Shown here piece after piece: positions 11,388 through 21,782 of a stretch of 64,000 nt of DNA. The translations under genes and the position numbers were made by a program. Source of the DNA: a virus; IMG/VR virus record IMGVR_UViG_3300023174_007026, positions 1-64,000 of that record, one strand, 5' to 3'. Numbering within the stretch: the stretch's first letter is position 1; each line of letters opens with the position of its first letter. Below the pieces are notes generated by a model, which did not search any database, was not told the DNA's origin, and saw only the letters and a program-made list of their open reading frames with translations.

Positions 11388-13556
11388 ATGTCTACACCTC
11401 TTGTAACAATCAATCAACTCAGCGCAGCTAACAACCTTGTTGGTACAGAGCTGACACCTGTGTATCAAAATGCTGATACATTCAGAACAGACATCAACAG
11501 CATAGTTAACTTTGCTAGCAGTGTAATTACACCACCTTTGAGCGCTGCTACACAAATTCTCAGCAGCAATGTATTCACTCAAATTGGTTTGAGGTTGCCA
11601 TTGGCAGGTGGTACCATGACTGGATACATAACAGCCAATGCAGATCCTACTTCACCATTGCATACAGCTACCAAAGGATATGTTGACAGTGCTGATGCAT
11701 TGCGTGTACCATTGAGTGGCGGTACTATGACAGGGTTCCTGTCTGTAGCAGTTCCAATAAGATCTGTTGAAGTAGCAAATAAGCAATACGTTGACTCTTT
11801 GTTTGCTGCTAGTACAGCAGCTGCTGTTGAATTGATTCGTGGAGCCAAAGCATCTAGATTTTTGTATGGATTTCCTTTTGAAGGTGGTGCAGTAAGTCAG
11901 GGAACTCGTGGCAAATTTTTCTATTTGGATGGTCTCAATCGCCTGAGAATGAGCGGCAGAGATGGAAATTATGTAAATACAGGCAATTTTAATCCTCTGT
12001 TTGGTGGTGGTGGAACTGGTCAAGCATACAGTACAACATACAATGCATTTTTAAATACTATTGTTCCAATTCAGATGGAAACCAATGAATATGCAGTAAG
12101 TGCAGTTGGAATTGGTGCTGCTTCTTTCTTGATGACCAACAAAGGTAACGTTTACAGTACAGGGCAGAATTCAATGAATCATCCTGAAGTTAGTATTGTA
12201 TCAAATGGATTTCTAGGTATTAATAATACTACAACACCTTATTTTGAAACATGGCAAAAAATTTCCAATTCTACTTTTGGTGGTGCATCTGCAATACAAA
12301 TTGCAGCAACAGAAGTAACAGGAGGTTTTACAAGACCTCGTGGTCAAGTTGCAGTAATTGATACCAATGGCAGAGGGTATGCATGGGGTTCAAATAACTT
12401 TAATCAAATTTTAGATGCAACTGTCGATGCTGTAGCATATCCTGCTGTTTTGAGTGGTGGCAGCTTGGGCCAAAATACATTGAAGCAGGTTTTACCTGCA
12501 AATTGTGCAATGTTTGTCATTGATTCCAGCAACAAAGTGCATGTTCGTGGCAATGGAATTACTAATACGACAGTTAATAATTGGGCAGGAGGTTTTCAGC
12601 CTGGACTTGACAATGGCAGCTCATATGCCAAATTTATGGCATTGAACAGCAACACCACAGGTGCTGTTACATTTAGTGCTTGTTATTTTACTCCATTGAA
12701 TGGATCACCTATAATAGGTATGCAAGCAGATCGACTTTACATAAGTGGTGCTATTGGAGGTGGTTCCATTGGTGCATACAATGTAAGCAGTGAAAGAGCT
12801 ACTGTTATTACCAATTATTCTGTGGCAACTACTTATGCACTTACAGCAGGTAGAATTTGGGCCACTGGTTACAATTGGTATGGTCAGTGTGCACAGTTGA
12901 CTCAAGGCAATACTTTATCTACTTTTAGACCTGTATTGTCTGCTGCTGGTGCGCCACTCATGGGCAATTTCAAAGCAATTTACCCCAGTTGGTCAGGAGG
13001 AGTTTTGGCAGTAGAAGATAATGGTCGTACATGGGGCTGGGGTTGGAGAAAAAACATTGGATTGCCAGGCTCTGGTACCTTTGTTACTTCTGCTAGCATT
13101 ATACCATCTTTATCTGCTTATAACATCAAGAAAATTCTAAATGCAACTGCAAATATAAATGCTTCCAACCCTGCTGCTGTTGCTATTACTACAGATGGAA
13201 AGGTACTTGCAACTGGCAGCAATAAATTTGGTGCCAATGGTCAAGGAACAATTACATCAACAGGTGCAGGATCAAGTACATGGTTACAAGTTAATTTACC
13301 TACAGGTGTATCTGCAATTGATGTCAACTATAGTGCATTTTTGTATAGTACCTCAGATGATGGTGATGATGATTTAACTGTTACAAATGCACCAAGTATT
13401 TATTTACTGACAACTGACTCACCTGATAAAACACTGTATGATATATACGCATTTGGAAGCAATGCAGGTTTTTCATTGGGAATAAATCAAATGACCAACG
13501 CAGCTGTTGGCAGCAACGCTGTATCTTTGCCTATCAAGGTATCAATTAATTTGTAA
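11388..13556 (+). CDS. RCC1-like repeat tail fibre/receptor-binding protein
   Basis: LPLAGGTMTG...ATKGYVD repeats followed by WGSNNFNQ, TGYNWYGQ, TGSNKFG repeats; TAAATA 5 nt upstream. Confidence 0.7.
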   Translation: MSTPLVTINQLSAANNLVGTELTPVYQNADTFRTDINSIVNFASSVITPPLSAATQILSSNVFTQIGLRLPLAGGTMTGYITANADPTSPLHTATKGYVDSADALRVPLSGGTMTGFLSVAVPIRSVEVANKQYVDSLFAASTAAAVELIRGAKASRFLYGFPFEGGAVSQGTRGKFFYLDGLNRLRMSGRDGNYVNTGNFNPLFGGGGTGQAYSTTYNAFLNTIVPIQMETNEYAVSAVGIGAASFLMTNKGNVYSTGQNSMNHPEVSIVSNGFLGINNTTTPYFETWQKISNSTFGGASAIQIAATEVTGGFTRPRGQVAVIDTNGRGYAWGSNNFNQILDATVDAVAYPAVLSGGSLGQNTLKQVLPANCAMFVIDSSNKVHVRGNGITNTTVNNWAGGFQPGLDNGSSYAKFMALNSNTTGAVTFSACYFTPLNGSPIIGMQADRLYISGAIGGGSIGAYNVSSERATVITNYSVATTYALTAGRIWATGYNWYGQCAQLTQGNTLSTFRPVLSAAGAPLMGNFKAIYPSWSGGVLAVEDNGRTWGWGWRKNIGLPGSGTFVTSASIIPSLSAYNIKKILNATANINASNPAAVAITTDGKVLATGSNKFGANGQGTITSTGAGSSTWLQVNLPTGVSAIDVNYSAFLYSTSDDGDDDLTVTNAPSIYLLTTDSPDKTLYDIYAFGSNAGFSLGINQMTNAAVGSNAVSLPIKVSINL

Positions 13557-13821
13557 TTGTTGCTCTTGCATTCTCAAGTGCAATCTCGCATTTGAGATCG
13601 TACAACATAGAATGATATCTCTCTTTGATGTATTTGCCAAATGCAATGGGATTTACCCAATCTACTTCATCTGGATCCACTTGCATGTCTGTCATCTTCT
13701 GATCTACAACTGAAATTGCTTCTGCCAGACACATCCAGCGGGCCTTTTCTTCCATGGACATGTTGATGCTTTGACTAGTAGTGGACTTGACGGACTGTTT
13801 ATTTTGATTTTTGTTTTTCAT
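13546..13821 (-). CDS. Hypothetical protein
   Basis: 91-aa ORF overlapping the upstream minus-strand gene. Confidence 0.55.
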   Translation of the reverse strand: MKNKNQNKQSVKSTTSQSINMSMEEKARWMCLAEAISVVDQKMTDMQVDPDEVDWVNPIAFGKYIKERYHSMLYDLKCEIALENARATITN

Positions 13822-14239
13822 AGCCTGATGTTATATACCCTGACATTATAGCCAAGATTTCAGGTTCTGACAACTGTTTCCCATGACTTGCAACGAAAAA
13901 CTGCCATGCTGTTTGCAAAACTTTGAGCAAAAGTGTAGCTTTTTCATTGAATATTGGATCATTTTCTTTGCTTTTAATGCCTTCAATGATTGCTGCATAC
14001 AGATTTTCAATGGACTGCGTTTTGCCATACAGTCTGCCAATGTTGAATGGAGTTTCTACGTTGTTGATTCTGGCCCACTGCATTAAATCATGTAAACTAG
14101 AATTAATTTGAGGTTCAGCAGCAGGCAATGGCTGCGTAATGGAACTTGCAACAGTTGTTGCTGCATTGTATAAATGACTTTGTGTCACATCTATGTTGTG
14201 ATTTATATTTTGCAGCTGATTGTATGGTGGATTATTCAT
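13799..14239 (-). CDS. Hypothetical protein
   Basis: 146-aa ORF overlapping its neighbours in an operon. Confidence 0.6.
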   Translation of the reverse strand: MNNPPYNQLQNINHNIDVTQSHLYNAATTVASSITQPLPAAEPQINSSLHDLMQWARINNVETPFNIGRLYGKTQSIENLYAAIIEGIKSKENDPIFNEKATLLLKVLQTAWQFFVASHGKQLSEPEILAIMSGYITSGYEKQKSK

Positions 14240-14675
14240 TTACTTTATTTTCAATGACTTTTTGCTGCATTTGCTGTACCAAGTCACTGTGAGATGCATC
14301 CAAATCAAGTATTTGTGTAGGTAAAATGGTGCTCACTGATACTTTGCAATTGATCAATTTGTCACACATGGCACAATTGTAATAGTTTTGTCTGTTGAAG
14401 AATAGTGGCACAGTTTGTTCAATGTTGCGCTCGCATGGACAAGCAAGCTTCATGGTTTGCTTGTTGATCTCAGTTATTCTATCATTTGCAATCTGCTCAA
14501 ATTCCTTTTGGCTCCTGTATTGCAAATAGGTATTGAAAATGCCACCAAGCACAAAGTGTAAAACAAGGGACAACCCAAAGCCTCCAGGGAATCCCAATGG
14601 TGAATTTAAAGTGCATAAACCGACAAAGGCACTAATTAATACAGTAACCACAATGGGCACTAACATACTTTTCAT
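14232..14675 (-). CDS. Membrane protein with two N-terminal TM helices and a C-terminal Zn ribbon
   Basis: Two hydrophobic segments, then CPC...CAMC. Confidence 0.6.
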   Translation of the reverse strand: MKSMLVPIVVTVLISAFVGLCTLNSPLGFPGGFGLSLVLHFVLGGIFNTYLQYRSQKEFEQIANDRITEINKQTMKLACPCERNIEQTVPLFFNRQNYYNCAMCDKLINCKVSVSTILPTQILDLDASHSDLVQQMQQKVIENKVNE

Positions 14676-14701
14676 GCCAGTAGTTATTCTGTTGCATTAA
14701 A

Positions 14702-15094
14702 TTATCCAGATATAGTGATTCTGTCTAATAACTTTCTCAAGCTGATAGAATCATTAGGAGTGTTGGAGTCATTGGGACCAGCAATGATGTCTAAAATTTT
14801 GTTGATTTGATGCAACATGATCTTGACTGTTCTTTTTTGAGAGTCTTTGAGAGCTGGATTGCTGAGTGATGCTCTGAGGCTGCTTTTGGCATTTGCAGCA
14901 TTGATGTATGTATTTCCAATGAATTCGTGTAAATTTTGTAGTTCAAATGCAGTTACTGGATTGCTAGCAGGCGTATCTAGTTTGCTGCCATCAAAATCTC
15001 TGTATTCCAACGGTTTCAAGGAACCATCACGAACGCCAGCCATTTTTGTTTGACCAGATACCTGGCGGTTGTAATCTTTTATTGACTGATCCAT
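14702..15094 (-). CDS. Hypothetical late protein
   Basis: 130-aa ORF; minus-strand TAAATA at 15102-15107. Confidence 0.55.
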   Translation of the reverse strand: MDQSIKDYNRQVSGQTKMAGVRDGSLKPLEYRDFDGSKLDTPASNPVTAFELQNLHEFIGNTYINAANAKSSLRASLSNPALKDSQKRTVKIMLHQINKILDIIAGPNDSNTPNDSISLRKLLDRITISG

Positions 15095-15134
15095 GTTCTT
15101 TTATTTATTCTACCGCATAAATATAAATAAGCAT

Positions 15135-15581
15135 ATGTCAAATAGAATCTTCGCAAAAATGTTCAGAGTTGTTTTAGAACAGGACCAACAACAAACTGGT
15201 GAACCTGCTGATGCACCAGAACAAATGACCGATGCACAAGCTGCTCAATCTCAACTTGGTGATGGTGCACAAGTATCTGAACTTGGTGCTGATATGAATC
15301 AACAAGCAGTGGAGATGTCTGCAAAACAGCAGCAAGCAATGAATGCACGTCTGGAAGAGTGGATGGCTCAAGTAGGTGAGATGGTTGAATATCTCAACAG
15401 TCCCAATGGTGAATCAATTCAAAACGTTTTATCCAAAGCCATTCCTGATACACTGTTTGACAAAATCAAAAAAGGCGAGAGCAAGCGCATTGCTCGTGTA
15501 GCTGAAGAACTTGCTGGCTTGCAGCAGTCATTTGCTGGATACAGAGCTACCAGCAACAATCCTTCTTACAAGTACGTATAA
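15135..15581 (+). CDS. Putative internal head protein
   Basis: TATAAATA at 15122-15129, 5 nt before the ATG; N-terminus MSNRIFAKMFRVVLE followed by an acidic Q/A-rich linker. Confidence 0.5.
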   Translation: MSNRIFAKMFRVVLEQDQQQTGEPADAPEQMTDAQAAQSQLGDGAQVSELGADMNQQAVEMSAKQQQAMNARLEEWMAQVGEMVEYLNSPNGESIQNVLSKAIPDTLFDKIKKGESKRIARVAEELAGLQQSFAGYRATSNNPSYKYV

Positions 15582-16601
15582 TTAGTTGATGGTCTTGAGC
15601 ATAATCTCTGCTTGAAGACCTTTGGCACAATGTTGCTTGATAAAATTGTGTGAAATGCTGTTGATGCCGTATTTGAGCGCAACATCATTGAAATCTTTGC
15701 ATACAGTACCAATGTTCTTGGGCCAGATGAAAACAGTTTCACCTGCATCAATGAGTTTTTGAGTCTTGAGCCTGCTGGCACTGTCTAGCCATTGCGAGTC
15801 AAGCACCCAAATAAAATTGTAAAATCCGCTGATGCTGTTGATCTGCATTTGCTGACGTGATGAATACAATTGCATGCTCTTTTCTTGGATGCCTGCTACA
15901 GCTATGCCATTTTTAACAAAGCAGCAGTCAATGGGCCCTTCAAATACAAATACATCATTGCATGCACTATCAATGTTGTTGAAGTTGAAGATGGCTCGAT
16001 CACCATGAATCTTGCTCATGTACTTGGGTCGTTCATCATTTGCTTCAACGCTGCGAGATTGATAATAAACTATCTTGCCAGATGCATCAAAAAAAGGTAA
16101 AATGAGCCTGCCTTTGTGAGTCTCATCTTTGAGACATGCATACAGTGCAGTTGGTTTGTTGATTGCACTCATGAGACCACGAGATACAGCATAATTATAA
16201 ACTTGCTGCACAGTCTTGTTGTCTTTGTAGAATTCAACTTGATTGGACTGCATCAAATTGATGCACTCTCCTGGCAATGATGGCACTTGCACCTTTTCTT
16301 GCTGCTTGGGCGCACTGTTGATGTCAACAGTATCAAATGATTCACTATCATTTTGAATCTCGTGTTTGGTCATACCAGACACTTGCAACAACCATTTGAG
16401 AGGCTTGCTGCTCCATCCACAATTGTGACAAAAGATGCTTTCTTTGTCAGGAATATAATACAGTCGCTTTTTGCGCAACCAACTCTTGCCTTCTCTACAA
16501 ATAGGACAGGAGCCCTGATAGGTTTTTGTCAACCTATTATACTTGGGGGCTCCTGCGTATTGATAGAACTTGGTAACTATGTAATGTTGAGGCAATTGCA
16601 C
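15582..16601 (-). CDS. gp61: DNA primase (T4 gp61-like)
   Basis: CPIC...CHNC Zn finger, FEGPID TOPRIM motif, KDFND. Confidence 0.92.
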   Translation of the reverse strand: MQLPQHYIVTKFYQYAGAPKYNRLTKTYQGSCPICREGKSWLRKKRLYYIPDKESIFCHNCGWSSKPLKWLLQVSGMTKHEIQNDSESFDTVDINSAPKQQEKVQVPSLPGECINLMQSNQVEFYKDNKTVQQVYNYAVSRGLMSAINKPTALYACLKDETHKGRLILPFFDASGKIVYYQSRSVEANDERPKYMSKIHGDRAIFNFNNIDSACNDVFVFEGPIDCCFVKNGIAVAGIQEKSMQLYSSRQQMQINSISGFYNFIWVLDSQWLDSASRLKTQKLIDAGETVFIWPKNIGTVCKDFNDVALKYGINSISHNFIKQHCAKGLQAEIMLKTIN

Positions 16602-16614
16602 CTCTTAACATATA

Positions 16615-16797
16615 TTACTTATTCGGTTGTTCAACTTGTTTAATTTCAACTAAACCCCTGTGAAAGAAAGCGCCGCTGGCAGGATCATACCAGTGAGCTT
16701 CCACATGGATCTGTTGACCAACTTGTTTTTCTACAATTTTAGGTGTAGACATTTGGCCGGTTGGGGAAACCATTTTGACTGGACGTACGTAATTCAT
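16615..16797 (-). CDS. Small hypothetical late protein
   Basis: 60 aa; TAAATA 5 nt upstream (16803-16808). Confidence 0.55.
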   Translation of the reverse strand: MNYVRPVKMVSPTGQMSTPKIVEKQVGQQIHVEAHWYDPASGAFFHRGLVEIKQVEQPNK

Positions 16798-16801
16798 AAT
16801 G

Positions 16802-17686
16802 TTATTTATTCAAACCTAGCAACTTAATGAGATTAGTCATGTTTTGTTGACCAAAAAAAGTTTTTCTCCAGCTTGCTGCATTATCAACAATGGTATTCAG
16901 ATTCAGCTGCTTGCATGCATCAATGAATGCATCGAAATTTGGAACACGATCAAGCTGTTGCAACTGCTGCTGCATGCGTGACAGTTCATTGGGTTGATGG
17001 TTGTAAGATTCATGCAAGTTCATCATTTTGTCATTGTGATGATATTGCAACACTTGATCTTGATTCAAGATTTGTGACATATCTGCAATGCCTGTAGCAA
17101 TTTTCTTGGCTTTGCTGGGAGTTGTTACTTTGGCAATGTTGTCAGATGCATCTCCCACCAAACACTTGAACATCAAAAAGGATTCACGAGCAATGCCTGT
17201 AAATTCTTCAAAGTTGTTGGGTGTAACTACAACTTTTTTAGCAAGACTGTACATGTGAACATCATTGCTGACCAGTTGCAGCAAATCTCTATCAGATGAT
17301 ACAATCATCTTCTTGCCAGGCAGTTGACGTGTTAAGAAAGCAATGACGTCATCAGCCTCCAAACAGAATGGGTAGATATTGTATACACCCAAATGATCAA
17401 CCAACATTTTAATTTCGTCAGACTTTTCATATACTGCAGCTCCAATGGTTTTATCTCTATTTATTTTATAGGTTTCTGACGCAATTTGTTTGCGAAAACT
17501 TTTTTGTGTATGATCCAACATTGCATCCCATGCACAATATACTGCTGTTGGCTTGAACATGTCAATGTAACTTTTGAGAGACCGCAAAAAAAGCAACACT
17601 TGCATGTTGCTGTCTTGTTCATACCTCTTTTGAGACATGTGAAAAGAGCGATGAATAATGTTGCTGGCGTCAATTAGAAGATTCAT
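16802..17686 (-). CDS. rnh: RNase H / 5'-3' exonuclease (T4 Rnh-like)
   Basis: LIDASN, EADD, SSDRDLLQL and GDASDNI motifs. Confidence 0.9.
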   Translation of the reverse strand: MNLLIDASNIIHRSFHMSQKRYEQDSNMQVLLFLRSLKSYIDMFKPTAVYCAWDAMLDHTQKSFRKQIASETYKINRDKTIGAAVYEKSDEIKMLVDHLGVYNIYPFCLEADDVIAFLTRQLPGKKMIVSSDRDLLQLVSNDVHMYSLAKKVVVTPNNFEEFTGIARESFLMFKCLVGDASDNIAKVTTPSKAKKIATGIADMSQILNQDQVLQYHHNDKMMNLHESYNHQPNELSRMQQQLQQLDRVPNFDAFIDACKQLNLNTIVDNAASWRKTFFGQQNMTNLIKLLGLNK

Positions 17687-17963
17687 TTTTTTGGTATTGT
17701 TGTTCAACTGTAGCAAAGACGTCCTTGGGCAAACTCTTTACATGTTCCAATATACCATTCTTTAAACCAAAATCAAACTTTTCCTTGGGAATATTTCTGT
17801 TGACCATGTTGGGTATGCTCAAAAAGCAGTGATGTGTCATTGAGCTGCGCACATAAATCAGAATTTCACCTACAAACACACCACATGTTACTGCATATGA
17901 TGCAGAATAATGCGGATGAACCACTGGCTGTTTTTGAAAAAGTGATGTAATGAATTTAAACAT
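17670..17963 (-). CDS. Hypothetical protein
   Basis: 97-aa ORF in the replication operon. Confidence 0.6.
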   Translation of the reverse strand: MFKFITSLFQKQPVVHPHYSASYAVTCGVFVGEILIYVRSSMTHHCFLSIPNMVNRNIPKEKFDFGLKNGILEHVKSLPKDVFATVEQQYQKNESSN

Positions 17964-17966
17964 GCA

Positions 17967-18305
17967 TCAATCATCGTTATAAAAAGCAGAATTGCTGCTC
18001 ATCATGAATTTTTGCATTGCAAATGACAGTGCATCTGCTTCTTGACCATTGTGTGCTTGTATGATTTTAATGTGTGTTCCTTGGAAATCATAACCAATGA
18101 TTATGAATGCTTGCAAAAACTCTTGCAGTGTTGCAGCTGCTGCAGCTGCACAATCTTCTTTATAAAATTTACCTGAATTGGTCTTGATGTAGTTGAGCAA
18201 AGCATCTTTTATAATATTTGATGCTTCTTTATCAATTTTTGGTTTTGATGTCTTGTTCTTCCTAGAATTGTCAGAACTCAATGCATCAGACAAACTATTA
18301 CTCAT
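17967..18305 (-). CDS. Hypothetical protein
   Basis: 112-aa ORF in the operon. Confidence 0.6.
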   Translation of the reverse strand: MSNSLSDALSSDNSRKNKTSKPKIDKEASNIIKDALLNYIKTNSGKFYKEDCAAAAAATLQEFLQAFIIIGYDFQGTHIKIIQAHNGQEADALSFAMQKFMMSSNSAFYNDD

Positions 18306-18636
18306 GTTGTTCTTTAGTCTTTACCACTGAAGGTACAACACCACGTGACAACAGTGTTGTAATAATCACTTCAATGCTGGATGTTTTGATGGAGAAGTTT
18401 TTTGGAAAGTTTTTGCCACCATCATTGATTTCAAATAAGATTTCCTTGAATGTGTCTTTGTTTTCATAACATGTCACATACACACTAAATGCTCCAGGTT
18501 CAATGAGAATTGTCCAACGGCGAGGATCACTCTCTGCATAAGATGAAAAGATGCGATGGGTGATGAAACCATTGTCTTTGAGTCTCTTGATGAAATATCC
18601 TGCAGTGCTGATTTTGTTGCGTGCGTTTTTGTTCAT
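18298..18636 (-). CDS. Hypothetical protein
   Basis: 112-aa ORF with ATGA overlap to the upstream gene. Confidence 0.6.
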   Translation of the reverse strand: MNKNARNKISTAGYFIKRLKDNGFITHRIFSSYAESDPRRWTILIEPGAFSVYVTCYENKDTFKEILFEINDGGKNFPKNFSIKTSSIEVIITTLLSRGVVPSVVKTKEQHE

Positions 18637-19343
18637 GATGTAAATGCAGATGTAATATACTTCAATTTATAGTTATCATTGAAAATATCAATGCATACAA
18701 CGCCATGTTGTTCGTTGACACGCACTGTTATATTACTATTGTTGGTATAGCTCAAGCTTCTGATGAAGTCAAGGTTGATGGGCACAGCATCAAATGGCTT
18801 GGAAAATTCACCAAGCACCAATTCAATGCTGTCAATGTTGTGCCTTGACTTGTCTGTTAATTCACCATGCAGCAGTTTGCCATCACAGCTCAAATAAAGT
18901 TTATTAGAGTCATTTGCAAACGAACTAGCTTTGCACAGATCAGTAAGAGTTTGGCACCCCATGGTGAAAGAAATATCATATTCAAAAGACTGAATCTTTT
19001 TGATGTTGATGAGCGGCTGTGAAAGGATTCCATTGTCGAGCAAATGATATTTAAATCGAACCATGGGTGATTTGTATTCCAAGTTGTTGTTATTTACCTT
19101 GAAAGCAAATTCATTATTGACATGATCCAGTGCTCTGGTAAGCTTTGCTAGACTAGGCATGTTGAGAAAGCCAGAATACTCTGACTTGCACGGCATACTA
19201 CCATACAAAAAGCAGGTATTGTCAGGTGTCCCTATGAGACATGATAAAGCATCTGCTGTTGTTGATAAGATAGCTGCATCATTAATTTTATTGACAGCTT
19301 TGAGAAATTGCACAAAGCTCTCTGGCAGTATAAGTTGGCTCAT
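18633..19343 (-). CDS. Probable DNA polymerase sliding clamp (gp45/PCNA-like)
   Basis: 236 aa, two-domain alpha/beta pattern ending LKYITS, located among replication genes. Confidence 0.6.
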   Translation of the reverse strand: MSQLILPESFVQFLKAVNKINDAAILSTTADALSCLIGTPDNTCFLYGSMPCKSEYSGFLNMPSLAKLTRALDHVNNEFAFKVNNNNLEYKSPMVRFKYHLLDNGILSQPLINIKKIQSFEYDISFTMGCQTLTDLCKASSFANDSNKLYLSCDGKLLHGELTDKSRHNIDSIELVLGEFSKPFDAVPINLDFIRSLSYTNNSNITVRVNEQHGVVCIDIFNDNYKLKYITSAFTS

Positions 19344-19355
19344 GATATTAATATA

Positions 19356-19961
19356 TCACTGATTGTCTTTATTCCACTCTTTAACTGCATTTTTAGCTGT
19401 TGCATGCTCTTGTGTGGTGCTGGCATTGCAGTTGGTACAACGAACTTCAAATGCATTGTTAGCAAGTGTTGAAACTGTTGCTTTGGTTCCACACAAAATA
19501 CAATCACTGATTTTCTTCTTGGGTGCTGGCTGTGTCTTTTTATTTTCCAGCAGGATTTTTTTGATGTCATACAAGACGTTGTATATATCTTGCAATACAT
19601 TCTTTTCAGCTTGTTTAAAATTGAATTCAAGCTGAAATTCATCTGGTGCAGTTAGTGTTGGTGCAGGTGCAGCATGATGAATGGGCTGCACCTGTACAGG
19701 CATTGCTTGCGGTTGAGCAAAAACAGGACTCTGAACTGGCGGTAATTCCAGTTCAGAGTCATAGTTTGGTTGTGGAGGTTGCGCAACAATTGGAGTTGTA
19801 GCCAATGTTTCAAATTGACGTTTGAGGGCTTCACTGCGCCCTGCAAATTTGGCATTGCTACCAGCTGCAGCAATGTGAGTATCAATTTCTTTCATTTGCC
19901 CGTAAGTGTGTCCCAAGAGACCCAAAAGGGCGCGGTGCTGTTCAATTTGTTGCGGTTCCAT
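19356..19961 (-). CDS. Protein with Pro/Gln-rich linker and C-terminal Lar-like Zn ribbon
   Basis: CILCG...CTNC...AVKEWN matches the Lar (restriction alleviation) pattern. Confidence 0.55.
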   Translation of the reverse strand: MEPQQIEQHRALLGLLGHTYGQMKEIDTHIAAAGSNAKFAGRSEALKRQFETLATTPIVAQPPQPNYDSELELPPVQSPVFAQPQAMPVQVQPIHHAAPAPTLTAPDEFQLEFNFKQAEKNVLQDIYNVLYDIKKILLENKKTQPAPKKKISDCILCGTKATVSTLANNAFEVRCTNCNASTTQEHATAKNAVKEWNKDNQ

Positions 19962-19964
19962 GCT

Positions 19965-20810
19965 TTAAATGCCTTCCAAGAGAGCCCGCATCTTGGCATC
20001 ATCGTCATCGTCAAATGCTGGCGGTGAGTCAGAGTCTTCTGCAGGTGGTTGCACGTAGTTATGAACAGGTGCGGAAGATGCAAATGATTCTGTTGAAGGA
20101 GATGCACTTTTGTTGGCGAAATAATGTTCATCCAACATCTTTTTGAGCTCGTCATAAGACTTGACAGTCAAGACGCTCTTGAGTTCAGTTGTACTCTCGT
20201 ACAGTTTATCAATTTGGTCAGCACTCAGCTTGAGATCAACAGAAGATGTAAAGCGGCTGGCTGTATAGTTTGCATAACCACCTTGGTCATCAACTTTGAT
20301 CTTCAAGTTGACACCATTTGGTGACAAGTCAAACACCTTGATGCCAAATTCATCAGCATCTTCTCCATTGATGGCACTGTCAATGATGTTATGCAATTGC
20401 TTGCCGAACCTCAACAGCTTGACTTTGCCATTGTTGTCAGGATTGGTGGGGTCATTGATGACGTACACATTTGCCAACCACTTTTCAGCGCGTTTGACGT
20501 TCTTGATTTTCTCTTTGTCAGCATCAGAACCTGCACGATATGCACGAATGCGTTCTTCTGCAATGGGATCACGTTCACCCCAAGAAGTTGGTGATACAGC
20601 TTGGACATAGCCACCAGTACTGAAGCTGTTCCAGCCAAAAGTGTAGTAATGAAGCAGAGTATTTTCTGGATCTGCGACGTTGGGCAAAAGTCTTACAAGA
20701 TATGTCTTGTCTTTTTCAAGAGTCAAAATGTCTTTGGTTGCGCTCTTGGTATTCTTTTGCTTGTTAAGTGCATCTTTGATGCTTTCGAACATGGATGAGT
20801 TGAATTTCAT
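19965..20810 (-). CDS. gp32: Single-stranded DNA-binding protein (T4 gp32-like)
   Basis: VRLLP, ANVYVINDPTNPDNNGKVK, acidic C-terminal tail. Confidence 0.9.
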   Translation of the reverse strand: MKFNSSMFESIKDALNKQKNTKSATKDILTLEKDKTYLVRLLPNVADPENTLLHYYTFGWNSFSTGGYVQAVSPTSWGERDPIAEERIRAYRAGSDADKEKIKNVKRAEKWLANVYVINDPTNPDNNGKVKLLRFGKQLHNIIDSAINGEDADEFGIKVFDLSPNGVNLKIKVDDQGGYANYTASRFTSSVDLKLSADQIDKLYESTTELKSVLTVKSYDELKKMLDEHYFANKSASPSTESFASSAPVHNYVQPPAEDSDSPPAFDDDDDAKMRALLEGI

Positions 20811-20824
20811 ATTGATATTATAGT

Positions 20825-21481
20825 TTATGTTGTTTGTTTTGCTAGGTTTGTTGTTGTTATTTTTTGATATGCTTGTCTTGCATTGTCTTTACATTTGTTG
20901 GATGTAATGAATTTGGATATGTATGTGCTTAGTTTTTTGCTAAGATTATTGCCGATGATTTCATCTAGGTGTTGTGCACTGCCATTGAGTTGTTTATCAG
21001 CATCTGGAAATGCAAGCAGAGCATATATATTTATGCTAAACTGTTGCAAATGCAACACAAACCATGCAATGTTTGCAGGTGTTTTAGCATGCATATAATG
21101 TTGAAACTCAATGTTATTCATCTTACAAAATTTATAGATAAAAATCATTGATTCTTTGATTTTATCCAAATTCCATTGACTATCTGCACTCATCATTTGC
21201 TCATAATTGTAAAGAGAAAACAACTTGATGGCTCGCATGCTCTTGTAAAATGGCAATTTGATGTGACCACCTTCTTGCATTTTAAATGGTGCATCAAAAA
21301 AGTCTTTGATGTTGATGTTGGGAAATTTTTGCAGCAACATTGCTATTTGTTTGCATGCTACAACGTTTTCACTGTCCAAGTCATCAAACTGCTTGCGTGG
21401 TGAGAATGGTTTGTTGTTGTGTGTCCTGCTGGCGTAAAGATATTGATTGTATATCTTTTTTTCAAACTCATTCAATTGCAT
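20825..21481 (-). CDS. Possible helicase loader (gp59-like)
   Basis: 218-aa basic helical protein immediately upstream of gp32, as in T4; call rests on size and synteny only. Confidence 0.4.
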   Translation of the reverse strand: MQLNEFEKKIYNQYLYASRTHNNKPFSPRKQFDDLDSENVVACKQIAMLLQKFPNINIKDFFDAPFKMQEGGHIKLPFYKSMRAIKLFSLYNYEQMMSADSQWNLDKIKESMIFIYKFCKMNNIEFQHYMHAKTPANIAWFVLHLQQFSINIYALLAFPDADKQLNGSAQHLDEIIGNNLSKKLSTYISKFITSNKCKDNARQAYQKITTTNLAKQTT

Positions 21482-21515
21482 AATTAACTATAATGCAGAA
21501 AATGAATAATGCTAC

Positions 21516-21782
21516 TCATTTCAACCCTGTTTTGATGGAGTTGAGATATTTTGAAATGTATTTGCTCTTGCAAAGATTTGGCTCGTAGTCAACAAAGATT
21601 TTAAAAATTTGGTAATCAGTTTCAAGGTCCAGCATGGTCTTGAAAATTTCCCTGTATTTTTTGTTTTTTAACAGTAGTAAAAAGATGTTGGGAAGGTTCA
21701 ACTTTTTGCCATGCAAGATTGTCAAGAAGCTGCAAAATGCTAGCAGGTAATACTCAGTTTCATGTTGCTCAAATAAATTCAT
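21516..21782 (-). CDS. Hypothetical protein
   Basis: 88 aa, ATGA overlap with the DHH gene. Confidence 0.6.
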   Translation of the reverse strand: MNLFEQHETEYYLLAFCSFLTILHGKKLNLPNIFLLLLKNKKYREIFKTMLDLETDYQIFKIFVDYEPNLCKSKYISKYLNSIKTGLK

